Below are positions 11,831-22,874 of a stretch of 64,000 nt of DNA, piece after piece. A program made the translations under genes and the position numbers. The DNA is from Octopus sinensis (taxonomy: Eukaryota): contig NC_043016.1 in NCBI RefSeq assembly GCF_006345805.1, positions 14,074,001 through 14,138,000 on the forward strand, written 5' to 3'. Position 1 is the first letter of the stretch. Each line of letters starts with the position of its first letter. The notes below the pieces were generated by a model. It did not search any database and was not told the DNA's origin. It saw nothing but the letters and a program-made list of their open reading frames with translations.

Positions 11831-12478
11831 ACAGACACATTTTCAAACCTTCTTTCATATATATTTCCACTCGTGCGGTACCTTACCACTTCACTTTGTT
11901 ATGTATATATATGTATGTATTAAAGTTTGATAAGGCTGGTTTATCGGATTACTTTAGGGTTCACGTCCATAAAGGGCTTAGTTTTATGACGTCTCCTCAG
12001 ATAATACATACTGCTCTATAACTTAGAGTGTACTCTTTTGGGGGGATTTATGTTTACGGACAATCAAGCATAATCTTTCTTTCTTGGCTCGACTGCCTGC
12101 CACAAAGCACCTCTTATATTCCTGTCTCATGGCTTTCATCTCTTATGCCTATCTCCTGTGTTCCTGCCTCAAGGCTTTCACTCGACACACACCAGCTCAA
12201 CTTGATTTGTCTTTATTGGTCGAAAGACACCTGTTGTTATTTTCTTGTTGTTGGTATTTGTAATTGTGTAACATTTTTTTGCGTTTTTTATTTTTTGTCG
12301 TTGTTGTCATACACATTCACTCTCAAAACATTTAATACTCTTAGCTTAGATTTTTGGGGCCAGCCTAATTTGAAGGCTGCGAATGACCCGTCCTTGTTTT
12401 TCCCTGTCCGGCTTTGTATCGTCTATCTGTCGGGATGTTTTATTGTCGTCTGTTGCGCGATCTTGTTCCATTTTGGGG

Positions 12479-12528
<50 letters not shown>

Positions 12529-12530
<2 letters not shown>

Positions 12531-13048
12531 TGTCCAACCTTCCTTGAGCACATCCCTTATGTTCAAGGGAAGGTTGGACAGGACCACCCGCGCCAACCTC
12601 ATTAACAGTGCAGTTCTGCCTGCAATGTTATATGGTAGTGAAACATGGGCTACCACAAAGAGAGAAGAGCAAAGACTGGTAACGGCTCAAAGAGCCATGG
12701 AAAGGTCAATGCTTGGTATCTCGTTGAGAGAGTACATCTGTAGCGAGATCATCAGAAAGAAGTCCGGCGTGAGAGATGTCATCGTAGAGTATACACGCAG
12801 CAAGTATAGATGGGCTGGACACGTCGCCCGGCTCACCGATAATCGGTGGACGCACGCAGTTGTCGAGTGGTACCCACGTGAGCGGAAAAGACCACCCGGA
12901 AGACCTCCACGACGGTGGAGTTACGATTTCAGGAGGACGATTGGGATCACGTGGATGAGAAAGACGCGATCCAGAGAGGAGTGGACAGCGTGCTGTGACC
13001 ACGGTGTCAAATGGACGCCTGACGGACTGGTCGGTCAAGGTGATCAAG

Positions 13049-13053
<5 letters not shown>
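12529..13053 (+). mobile_element. RTE-clade LINE 3' fragment inserted in a (TA)n microsatellite
   Basis: Stop-free: VLPAMLYGSETWATTK...AMERSMLGISL...RWAGHVARLTDNRWT..VVEWYPRERKRPPGRPPRRW. Tail (CAAGGTGAT)x2. (TA)n on both sides. Confidence 0.92.
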
Positions 13054-13121
<68 letters not shown>

Positions 13122-13404
13122 TTATATATATATATGGGCTCCACTCTCCTCCCCTCTCCTCTCTTCCTCTCACACCTACTTCCTCCCACCCACCTCTCCT
13201 CTCTTCTCTTCACTCCTACTCACCTTCTTCCCCTCTCCCTTCCTTGTACTACTCCCTCGTAACCCCACACCTACACAATCCAACTCAACCTTCCCTATCG
13301 ATCCTATCCCACCCCATTCCTTACACCCACTCAAACATACCCTCACCTCTACCCTCTCTCAGCCAAACCCACACTCCATATACATACATACATACATACA
13401 TACA

Positions 13405-13435
<31 letters not shown>

Positions 13436-13440
13436 TCGAA

Positions 13441-14159
13441 AGTAGCCGATAACATAGCCTTGGCCGCCGTTGTGTCCACTTCTCTGATTGGTTGATATTG
13501 GTGCAGTATGCAGCGTATAACCAACCGGCGCCCCTAAATAAGATCACGTGAGACAGTCTGTTCTCAACCCGTTTGTACCTACTGTTCCTTATAAAAACTC
13601 ACTCTCTCCTCGTCTCAAAGTCTTTGGTTCCAAACCTTTTAAGGTCTAGCCACTGACCACGCAAGACACAGCCAGTTCAGCGACAATGCCAGACGACCCG
13701 TCAAGCAGCATTACGAATCTCCGTCTTCCTCGCCGCCATTATTTTCTTAACGTTTTCCACAGCATCTCTACGTACACTGCACAGGTTCTAACATAGCACT
13801 GTTTGCGAATTACTTCACCACGGTTAACAACGGATATACAACCTGCGAGAACTCCTGTACAAGTGACCCAGGCAGCAGCATTACAGCCACAACTTCGTAC
13901 GACATGTACCGCAACTCCGGCTCCGCATATTCGACGCAACTTCTTGATACAGTATTTCAACTATCGTGTACAATTGATTACGAACTGGTACTCTCATTTC
14001 TTGTGTCTATGAACATTCGTCTAACTTCTCATTATAGACTCTTTCACTGTCTCCTTCACACACAGACACACAAGTTGGCATATCAATAAAACTTCTCTTG
14101 AGCATTCTATTCGGTTATCTCTCTCTTTTTACCCACTGGCGAATTATATGTATTATACA
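13441..14159 (+). mobile_element. Possible solo LTR
   Basis: About 720 bp CpG-retaining block with ATTGG boxes, TATAAAA at 13590, AATAAA at 14085 and a CA end. The 5' TG and a TSD are not evident. Confidence 0.35.
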
Positions 14160-14160
14160 A

Positions 14161-14680
14161 ACCTTCTGAACGGAGACGTTATTAGATGGTTTCACCACGC
14201 TTCCATTACCATCTATAATGGTGACCCGATATAGAACACACATCACTACGACCATCTATACCGATCTTCTAGTAAAAGCTATCCACCTACAGGGTTCATC
14301 TATCTCTCTTTTCTGGACTCGGTAGCTCTCTGTCTGATCACATCAGAGTGTATTGATGACGTTCTCTAGTATGCTCTAATGTTAGGTTTTTGTGTCTCAC
14401 AATATACCTCTTATACATCAATAACTTACTTGCCGTCACCTCCAACAAATCCCATTCCTACGCAGTACATACCTGTCCTTCATTTCTTCTTACTTTCTGC
14501 ACTCAAGTGTCATCCACATGCAACTTAGAAACTACACACCAAACCTGCACTGATTTCATGAACAAAAACATAGGAAGCATCCTCCAATTAGGTCATACCA
14601 ATCTTGTTTCTTTCAGTAGCACAAACATACAATCACTCTACATATCAAGAAAAGAAAATATCGTGACCGCCTCAAAATGA
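14161..14680 (+). mobile_element. Degraded CR1/L2-type reverse transcriptase fragment
   Basis: LLVKLSTY..., LLYINNLLAVTSNKSHSYA(V) (YADD-region relic), SILQLGHTNLVSFSSTNIQSLYISRK. Confidence 0.7.
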
Positions 14681-15454
14681 AAAGCAAGCGGCTTAAACTA
14701 ACAAGGCCTTTTCGCGGAGGTCTAAAGTATCCCTTGGTTTTACTACGGAATCCTGCATACCATTATATATGTTGCCTGTTCACTCATGAAGGTAATAAAA
14801 GTAATAAAATAACAGCGATGCTTTATTCCTCCGTAAAGTAGTACAATGGATTAAGACAGAAATATTACGAATTCTGGTGGTTGTGGGAAAGGGTAGCCTC
14901 CAGAGCACATACTAAGTAATTGTTTGAGAATGTATTAGGCGAAACGAGATTGGATCTTCGATCCAAATCCCACGCAATACTCAACCAATCGCAACACAGA
15001 TCTCATCCAATGTTCAAAGCTCACATGATAGGTAAAACGACCAATCATTACAGATTAATGTGCTGAGCCTATAAAAGGCTGATTGTCTTCAATATGCTGC
15101 AATAGAAATTGATCTCGGTACAGCCTCACTATCACTCGGGTTCACTCTTGGGAAAGCAAACATCTTCGATATTGCTTAACTGCCTCACAAATACTTAATC
15201 TTTCTCTCCGGGACCAGAAAATGCTTCAGTCTATATCAAATACTAACCTCCTACAAACCATAGATGACATCCACGACGAAATCCTGCTCCCACATCTGAA
15301 ATGGAGCCGCTGCTAAACATACAAGCACACTAAACCACAACGAAAGAACATAGAAATAGGATGTGCAACTGAGATAATATATGTCGAAAATGGAGTGTGC
15401 AGTATGGTCATCATGGTCTATCCGGAACAACAGACCTGTTGACTATGCTTAGTG

Positions 15455-15530
15455 CAGTGGTTCTCAACTGGGTTCCATATGGCCCCTCGGGGTCCATATA
15501 AGATTTTTGGGGATCCATGCAACAAATTTT
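15455..15530 (+). mobile_element. hAT/Charlie-like MITE end (second copy on - strand at about 26168-26232)
   Basis: CAGTGGTTCTCAACTGGG..GGGGTCCATATAAGATTTT. The reverse complement at 26232 reads CAGTAGTTTTCAACTGGG..GGGGTCCATATAAGATTTT. Confidence 0.6.
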
Positions 15531-15533
15531 GCT

Positions 15534-15574
15534 GCGGTGGTGGTGGTGGTGGTGGTAGTAGTAGTGGTGGTAAC

Positions 15575-15613
<39 letters not shown>

Positions 15614-15648
15614 GGTGGTAACAACAGTAGTAATAGTAGTAGTAGTAG
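15534..15648. repeat. Compound (GGT)n(AGT)n trinucleotide repeat
   Basis: Seen directly. Confidence 0.95.
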
Positions 15649-15812
15649 GGGAGAGGAAGGACAAAGAAAGAAATAAAGATTCTAGAGCGGGTCTACCTGT
15701 ATCCTGTTTCTCTGGAGCTCTTCCATGCATATTTACAAATCATTAAGGAATATAAATCGATTTTAGTACTTGACGGCAAGATTCGAAATCCGTACTTCGA
15801 AGTACGTAACTA

Positions 15813-15993
15813 CCGTATTTTAGCGTGTATAAGGAATCCTCGTGTATAAAGAAGCCCCTAAATTTTGGGGGCTTAAAATTTGGAAAAAAGGTTTTGTAAG
15901 GGATTATAATACAATCCATATATAAGAAACTCCCATATTTTTTCAACCTAGTTTTTGACAAAAAAGGGTTCCTTTATACACATTAAAATACGG
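15813..15993. mobile_element. Tigger/pogo-type MITE
   Basis: TA|CCGTATTTTAGCGTGTATAAGGAA ... TTCCTTTATACACATTAAAATACGG|TA. Confidence 0.8.
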
Positions 15994-17340
15994 TAAATAT
16001 TTGTAAGTTATTTTGTCCTATGCCCTAACAATTCGGTCGATCTTATGCTAATAGTACTCTATTGTTCACACCTATGTAGTATTTGCCGATACTTAAGTGC
16101 CTGATCCGGCCCTGTCACACTTTCTAATTATTTAAAGTATTTTGCCAGTTGAACTGAGAGACGAGATCAAACTCGTTATATTTTCAGATACGTTTGTCCA
16201 TAATGATAGGAAGAAGGAATGTTCTAACTCCAAGTTTTTTTCTCTATCTTCAGTATAATACTTAACAAGGCAAAAATTGACACTACATATCGTTTCTGAT
16301 ATATGAAGGCCTTTTTTTAACCTTAAGAAATTATAATAAAACGGTGGAGCACAATGAGCAAGATTTATAGCATTTTTTACTTTGAGAAAAATTATTTATA
16401 TTTTATAAATGATCACTACCTTACAAAAACTACATCAGCTAATGTAAATGACCTTTCTTAAAAGCATTACAAACACTATAACATATTCAGAACATTATTT
16501 CTGAAAATTATCACCGTTCTCTTTGAGCATACGAAAGACAAATTTAGATGGGGCAAAATGAGTAAGATACGATAAAATAAATTTGTATTTTCAGTTCTCC
16601 AGAATTACGTTTGAATAAAGACCCATACACATCCTTAGACATCAGAAAGATCAGAATTGCAACAACAATTTAAAATATCCAGGTCAAATCAAGAAGATCA
16701 TGGAAAAATGACACATGATATGAAATTAATGAAACTCGACTAAGTCTAAAAACTCGACCTAAAATATTCTCAGTAGCTGTTTCACAATCTACCGAAGAGG
16801 CTCCCTTCGTTATATATTTACATACTATGCAGTGAAAGAGAAAAAAATAATTGAAATTAGTTATTACTCATTTTGCCCCAGTTTAGACATTTGTTGGGGG
16901 AGTGAAAATTATCATATTAGATATTAGTGTGGGAGAAAAATTAACTTGGAATCCAACAGAAAAAAAGAATATTGATTGTTAAACGCCAAAATTATCCAGA
17001 TATTTTATTAGAAACCTCAATTACAATCGGGTCAAAAGTGAGGAAAAATTTCTTGAAAAAAAAGAAGTACTTGTTACTTGTTTCAAATCTTCTCAACTTA
17101 AACAAGAACAACTGTGCTGACAAAGTTTTACTCACAAAGACGATGCAATACTTGCTGTGTAATGGTTTCCAACAAGAGAAAGTAATGAATGAAAAAAAAA
17201 AAAAAAAAAAAAAAAAACAGAAATTACTCATTTTGCCCCATTTATAAATTTTGTCCCCCACCCTTCCACCTCGATAAAATTCATATCGACTATTTGTACT
17301 TTGCTGCCTCATTCACTAGAGAATACTGATGATTGCTTTC

Positions 17341-17860
17341 TGGATGTTCGATAACCATTGGACTCACCATCAATGTGAAAGATCTGAAGTTTCAGGTCCA
17401 CTACCCAAAAAGGGGCGCCTTGCGCTCGCGGTCCAACATCAAAAACGTCGCTCTAAAAGCTTCAATTAACTGATAGCACGGTGGACAGATGCATTGATAG
17501 CCGTCAGCCCTAAACTAGTAAAATCCCATTAGTCACTTCTGTAGGTTGTGTTTGAAAGATTTAATCAAAACTCGACTTAAATCCAAGTCTTATAAGGCTT
17601 ACGGCTTTGGCCACACTTTTTGTTCGGAATTCGTCCGCATGTAAGTCAGCTCGACATTCGTATTTTGATTATTTCTCTGGTTTCTCTTGAAATAAAAACT
17701 TTACAACTCTCACATACATACAGAAAGAACTTTGTTCAATAATGTCTATAAAGAACTGTCAAAATATAGAACACTTCAACCACATGCATTATCGCATACA
17801 ACACATAGTCGACACTAGTACTTAGCGACACTGTTAAATAACGTTGCTAAGACGCTTTAA
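17341..17860. promoter_or_regulatory. CpG-rich putative promoter / first-exon region of the WD40 gene, possibly bidirectional
   Basis: Local CpG/GC enrichment (gcgccttgcgctcgcgg). + strand donor CAT|GTAAGT at 17641, - strand ATG|GTGAGT at 17370-17362, RFX-like half-sites CTTAGCGAC (17821) and GTTGCTAAG (17843). Ends about 360 bp upstream of the exon 1 acceptor. Confidence 0.5.
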
Positions 17861-18234
17861 TCGAAATCAACAATGAATAGAATTAATTTAGTTTTTGTCA
17901 AATAAAAAAAAAGAAAAAAGACGTGTAAAAACAGTTTCTTGATTTATGTAAGTTATTGTTCAAATTTAATCTCTGTACATCCATATAGGTTATAACGTTG
18001 GAATATTCGTTTCATGTGCTGCAAGGTAGAAGTTGGGTAACTTAAAGTTAACTACTAATCTACCAAGGTTACCAATACAAGAGGCGGTGGTGGTGGTGGT
18101 AAGACATGACTTCCAATGAATAACTAAAAAAAGAAGAAAGAAAGACTTCACGACTGTTATATTGTCATTCTTGTTTCTGACTGTTGTCAACAATTTCAAA
18201 TACTTTATTATTTCTCATTGTAGAGAAAGATAAA

Positions 18235-18549
18235 ATGTTACCTTTATCGAATTTGGAAAAAGTTCGTGCCAGCCCTGCCAACGAAAGACGTCAATCAGAT
18301 TCTGCATTTAATACTACTCTAAGGTTAGAAACAGATCTAGAAGTCCATGAATATAAAGATCTTATTAAACCAAAACCAAACCCAAGGCCACGCACAGCAT
18401 CTGTCGATCAGAAATGGCATATGGTTAAAATGGTTAAATCAGATGTTCAGCTTGCCAATGCTACCTGGCGGCGTGTGACAGTTAAATTCATCAATGACAT
18501 GATACCACCAGACAACTTACTATACCCGGGTCACTTAGCAAAGGAAAAG
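18235..18549 (+). CDS. Coding exon 1 (MLPLSNLEK...GHLAKEK, 105 aa)
   Basis: Acceptor tttctcattgtAG at 18222-18223, ATG at 18235 in an AAAATG context, donor AAG|GTAAAA at 18550, phase 0. Joins in frame to exon 2. Confidence 0.7.
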
Positions 18550-19442
18550 GTAAAACTTTAAAATACTATTTTTGATTTATCAAGTCCAATACTGCTGTTT
18601 CTTTAATTTCACTTTAAAATTTTGTTGCCTCTTTTTCTTTTTCTATGTCAAACTCTGAAACTCAGTTGTGATTCCAATTGGAACTGACGATATTTTCTGG
18701 AAATATATGCTTACCATAATTTTTTCATCTAACGAATGTCAGGTTTCACGTCTATGTACGAAATTATCCTAGTTTTATCAACCAACCTATTTTCTAGCAC
18801 TTAGTCTTCCTATGATGACCACCACGATGAGGATGATAATGATTGCATGTTAATAATGACGGTATATTTATAGAATGGTGCCACTGCTCCTTTGTAAAAT
18901 TGTATTATTGCTCCCCTGGGCAGCCTAAGAGTGTTATCAGAGTATTGGTTTGAGATAGTTACAAGAATTGGTAAACTACTGAGCGAAGGAAATTATTAAG
19001 AGAATTCTATCGTAAGGTTAGAATACAATATTACTTTATTTATTTTTTTATTCATTAGTAGATGAAGGAAGTTTTAACTATGACCTTTTCATGTTTTCCT
19101 AGGCTAGTGAAATCGATGTTCATATTTATTTTGAACATCCGTATGCTAACACTTGCAGGGAAAATAGGCAACGGGGAGGTGAATGGGGGTTTCTATGGAA
19201 TTGTATTCGGGTGAAGAGTTATTGGAAACGATGTTTGGTGTGGGAATTGGAGAGACGGGAGTGTAGGAGTGGTTGGAAGAGGAGAGAAGAATGTATTAGA
19301 TAGTCCTTGACGAAGTGGATATGTTGTAGATCTACAAGAGACAGGAGACAGCACGTTTGATTGTGTGTGACTTTGTGAATATTTGCTTATCAGTTGGAAG
19401 GGTTTTCTTTTAGATATAATCTACAGAGATTTTGTGTGCATG

Positions 19443-19490
<48 letters not shown>

Positions 19491-22400
19491 AGTGTCATGT
19501 AAATGTGAACAGTACTCTAAAAGTTTTGTAACTGATAAGGACAAAAGTATTTGCCAGCTCATTAGAGGAAACCCAGTCTTTCTCAGATATAGTTTCGGCT
19601 TATGCTATTATATGTCACCGTGAGAGACAATTTGACCGACCTTGTTGAGGAAGCTTCTACGTCTTCTTTTGAGCTGTTAGAAATAGCAGCTAATTCTCCC
19701 TGAAATCACTCCCGCCTACATTCGAAAAAAGAAAGGACAAGTTAAATGATTTAATATTAAAAACGTGATGCTCACAGCTGAAGTACCTTTGAAAGTAGGT
19801 TTCTTCGATTGGAATTGATGTGGATTTGGCAACAGCTAAATTTTAAAATAAAATTTGTTTATATTTGTTAAATTAAACTAATAAGTGGGGTCCGCTCCCA
19901 CCAGAATGATTGAACAGAAGCTGTACGTAGTTTCTAACAAGACAAAACTGATGGCTCATTAGGTGAACTTATCAGTTAAGGTGGTAAGAGCGCGAAATAA
20001 TTTCTTGGCTATAGTTTGTAGAGGATAGGTTTTGATATATCGATGCTAATATATATTGTTTACGTCTTATAGTATTAGGATAAATTTAGTGTAAGGCTAT
20101 TGACAGAGAAACTTCCCCAAAAATTGACAATAAATGTCAAAGTGTCATGATGGAATGTTTGGATATGGACTAAGAAGGTGGAAAATATTAGCAGAAAAAG
20201 AGTTAAACATGAGAGTAAGCTGGAGATAAAAAGGCATTTAAATGAAAAGCATCTTGTGCTGTTGTGTGGAAAATGGCTATTTTGAGATATTTATTAATTG
20301 AAATAAAAGTGAAATATGTGTAGGCAACAGTAAATTCATAGTAAATTGTAGCTAGAGTAGAGATAGGTTATATAATATTAGTGAATGGTAACTAGCGCAG
20401 AAGTGAATAACAGTGGTAATGACTTATTTTATATACGTTTTACCCATTGACATACAACTTTCCAGCCAGGGTGGGCCAAGAGGGATGCACAAATGAAGTT
20501 TAATACACTCTGGAATCGTCAAAGACATGCTTCAATTTTTCTAAAAGGAAATAAAATAAAATATAGATGAATACACATTTCCCTATACTTGAGGATGAAC
20601 AAAATGAATAATATTAATAATAATAACAATATAAATAAAATGTCAAATGTTTTGGTGCGTGACTTTTGGCCCACCCTCATTTTAATGCCTAAACCATTTT
20701 TCACAAATTGAACTTACTTCTTTGTAACAACTGCATGATTCTGATGTAATGAACTTTTTGTATACAGTACTCAGGTGCAATTTTACACCTTGAAACTTCT
20801 GTGTACTTCTGTTTGCAATCTATCTTAGATGTTATTTTCTTTTAATTATTTTGCATGATTCATTAAATTTAATCTTATAATCCGGTTTGAGGCATTTTAC
20901 TCTGTAAAATTATTGACAGATTACATGTTTATATCCATATGCTTCTATATGAACCTGTATATATATATGTGTATGTGTGCATACGTACGTACGTACATAC
21001 ATACATCAATGTTTTAACGTCCACTTTTCCATGCTTGCATGGGTCAGCTGAATTTTATTGAGGCAGATTTTTTTGGTGCTCTTAAATAACAATATGACTC
21101 TTAGACAACATTTCCTCTATGTAACTGTTCATAAGAACAGGCTGATATTGGAAGTTGTTGTCCATATCAAACAATTTCTTAAGCAAAACAATTTAATTGT
21201 ATTTCCTTGTTTCTTGAATGCCAAACAAACACTCTAACTGGATATCTTCTGGTTTAGCACCTGAAAAAAATGAAAATTTTCAAATTGGGACACATGGCTG
21301 CACAAACATATCACAAAAAATTCATGTTCCTTTAAAGGTGTCCTCACTGTGACAGTCTAATCCAGACTTTTTTAAAGCATTTGTACTTTAACCATCCTGT
21401 CATACACTACTTTTTTTTTTTGTTAAGAAATAAGAACATTACATTGTATAATGTAGTCTGAGATATACTGCCTGAAAAAGTTTTAAAAATGGAATAGTCA
21501 TGGGTAGAATGCCTTTGGTTATAGATATGCTGGATCAGAGCTGACCTAGCCAAACAATAATGATAACTAGAAATATATTTGTACTGGGAGTTAGTAGTGT
21601 TGCTAAGAATAGTGGCTGTAGGAGGTTTGGTCAAAAAGTATCCAACCTTGATTTTTTTAAACAAAATAATAATGCGTGAGCATAATCTGCATGGGTATTA
21701 GGTGGCCGTGTCCTTCCTGAGCATGTGCAAAAGTTTTCGTGTCTGTAGGTTGCACCATTCATCCACAGTGACGTGTTCAGTACAGATGTAAAGAGTGTGC
21801 TGTGTGATTTTTTTCTTTTTGAATCAAGATGACTGAGGGAATTGAGCAAAGATGCTGCATCAAATTCTGTCAAAAACTTGGTGATTTGCAAGCCCAGACT
21901 ATTGAGAAGATTCAGAAGGCCTTTGGAGATGATACTATGGGGAAAACACAAATAAAGGAGTGGTTCAAAGATGGCCCCACCTCAGTGGACAGTGAGCCAT
22001 GTTGTGGCAGACCATCGGCTAGCAGAAATGGCAAAATGGTTTCAAAGGTTTGAAGAATAGTCTATGAAGACTGTCATGTGACTATTGAGGAGATTATTGC
22101 TAAAGTTGGAATCAGCCATGTGTCAGTTCATTCCACCCAGGTTGTCCAACATTTCTCATCAAGCAAAACACACCACTTGTTCGTCAGGCTTGCTACTCCC
22201 CAGACTTGGCTCTGTGTGACTTTTGGATATTCTCAAAACTCAAAAAGACACCTAAAGGGAGAAGATTTGAGTCAACAGAGGACATTAAGCAAAATCTGAC
22301 AGCACAGCTCTACAGCATCTGGAAAAGTGATTTCCAGAAATGTTTCCAGCAGTAGCAGGAATGCTGGCAGAAATGTGTAGACTCACTTTGGAGGAGACTC

Positions 22401-22838
22401 AATCAAAATGGTGATTTTTTAAAAATATTACTTGTTTTTTGGCCAAGGGTCAGATACTTTTTGATTACACCTTGTATTTCTCATTAATGCAAATTTTGAT
22501 GTTGAAATGTTTAGAAATTTTGAATAACAAACATTTAAGTAAGATCTGAAAAATGAATAGGATGTCTTTTATTACCGGTTTCCTGGATCAAGGCTGACCA
22601 GGACAAAACAGCAACTAATGGTGCCTTGAAATTACATTCAAAAACAACTTAGTGGATGTTTTTTTTTGGGGGGTTTTTTTTTCAATATTTTCCATCATTT
22701 CATAGTTTTCCAATTTCTAAAACACCTGCAATTCACATTTAAGAAAATTTCTTTTCAAAAACCTGCTTTTAAAATGTATTCTCATCTCCCCGCACCACTT
22801 CATAGTATCTTTTGGAATAGCTGTCATGATTAAAATCA

Positions 22839-22874
<36 letters not shown>

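Noticed and set aside
12028-13452. 474-aa ORF, the longest in the track
   Set aside because: Chimera of random sequence, TA repeats, the RTE fragment and a pyrimidine tract. Only 12529-13053 is protein-like.
14219-14228. TGGTGACCCG as a gypsy primer-binding site after the LTR-like block
   Set aside because: 60 bp from the putative LTR end and within the degraded CR1 RT frame (GF...GD region).
15418-15746. Poly-Gly/Ser, poly-Pro/Leu, poly-Thr and poly-Val ORFs
   Set aside because: All are frames of one (GGT/AGT)n repeat.
15791-15806. Perfect 16-bp palindrome CGTACTTCGAAGTACG
   Set aside because: Single short instance next to a MITE, with no supporting context.
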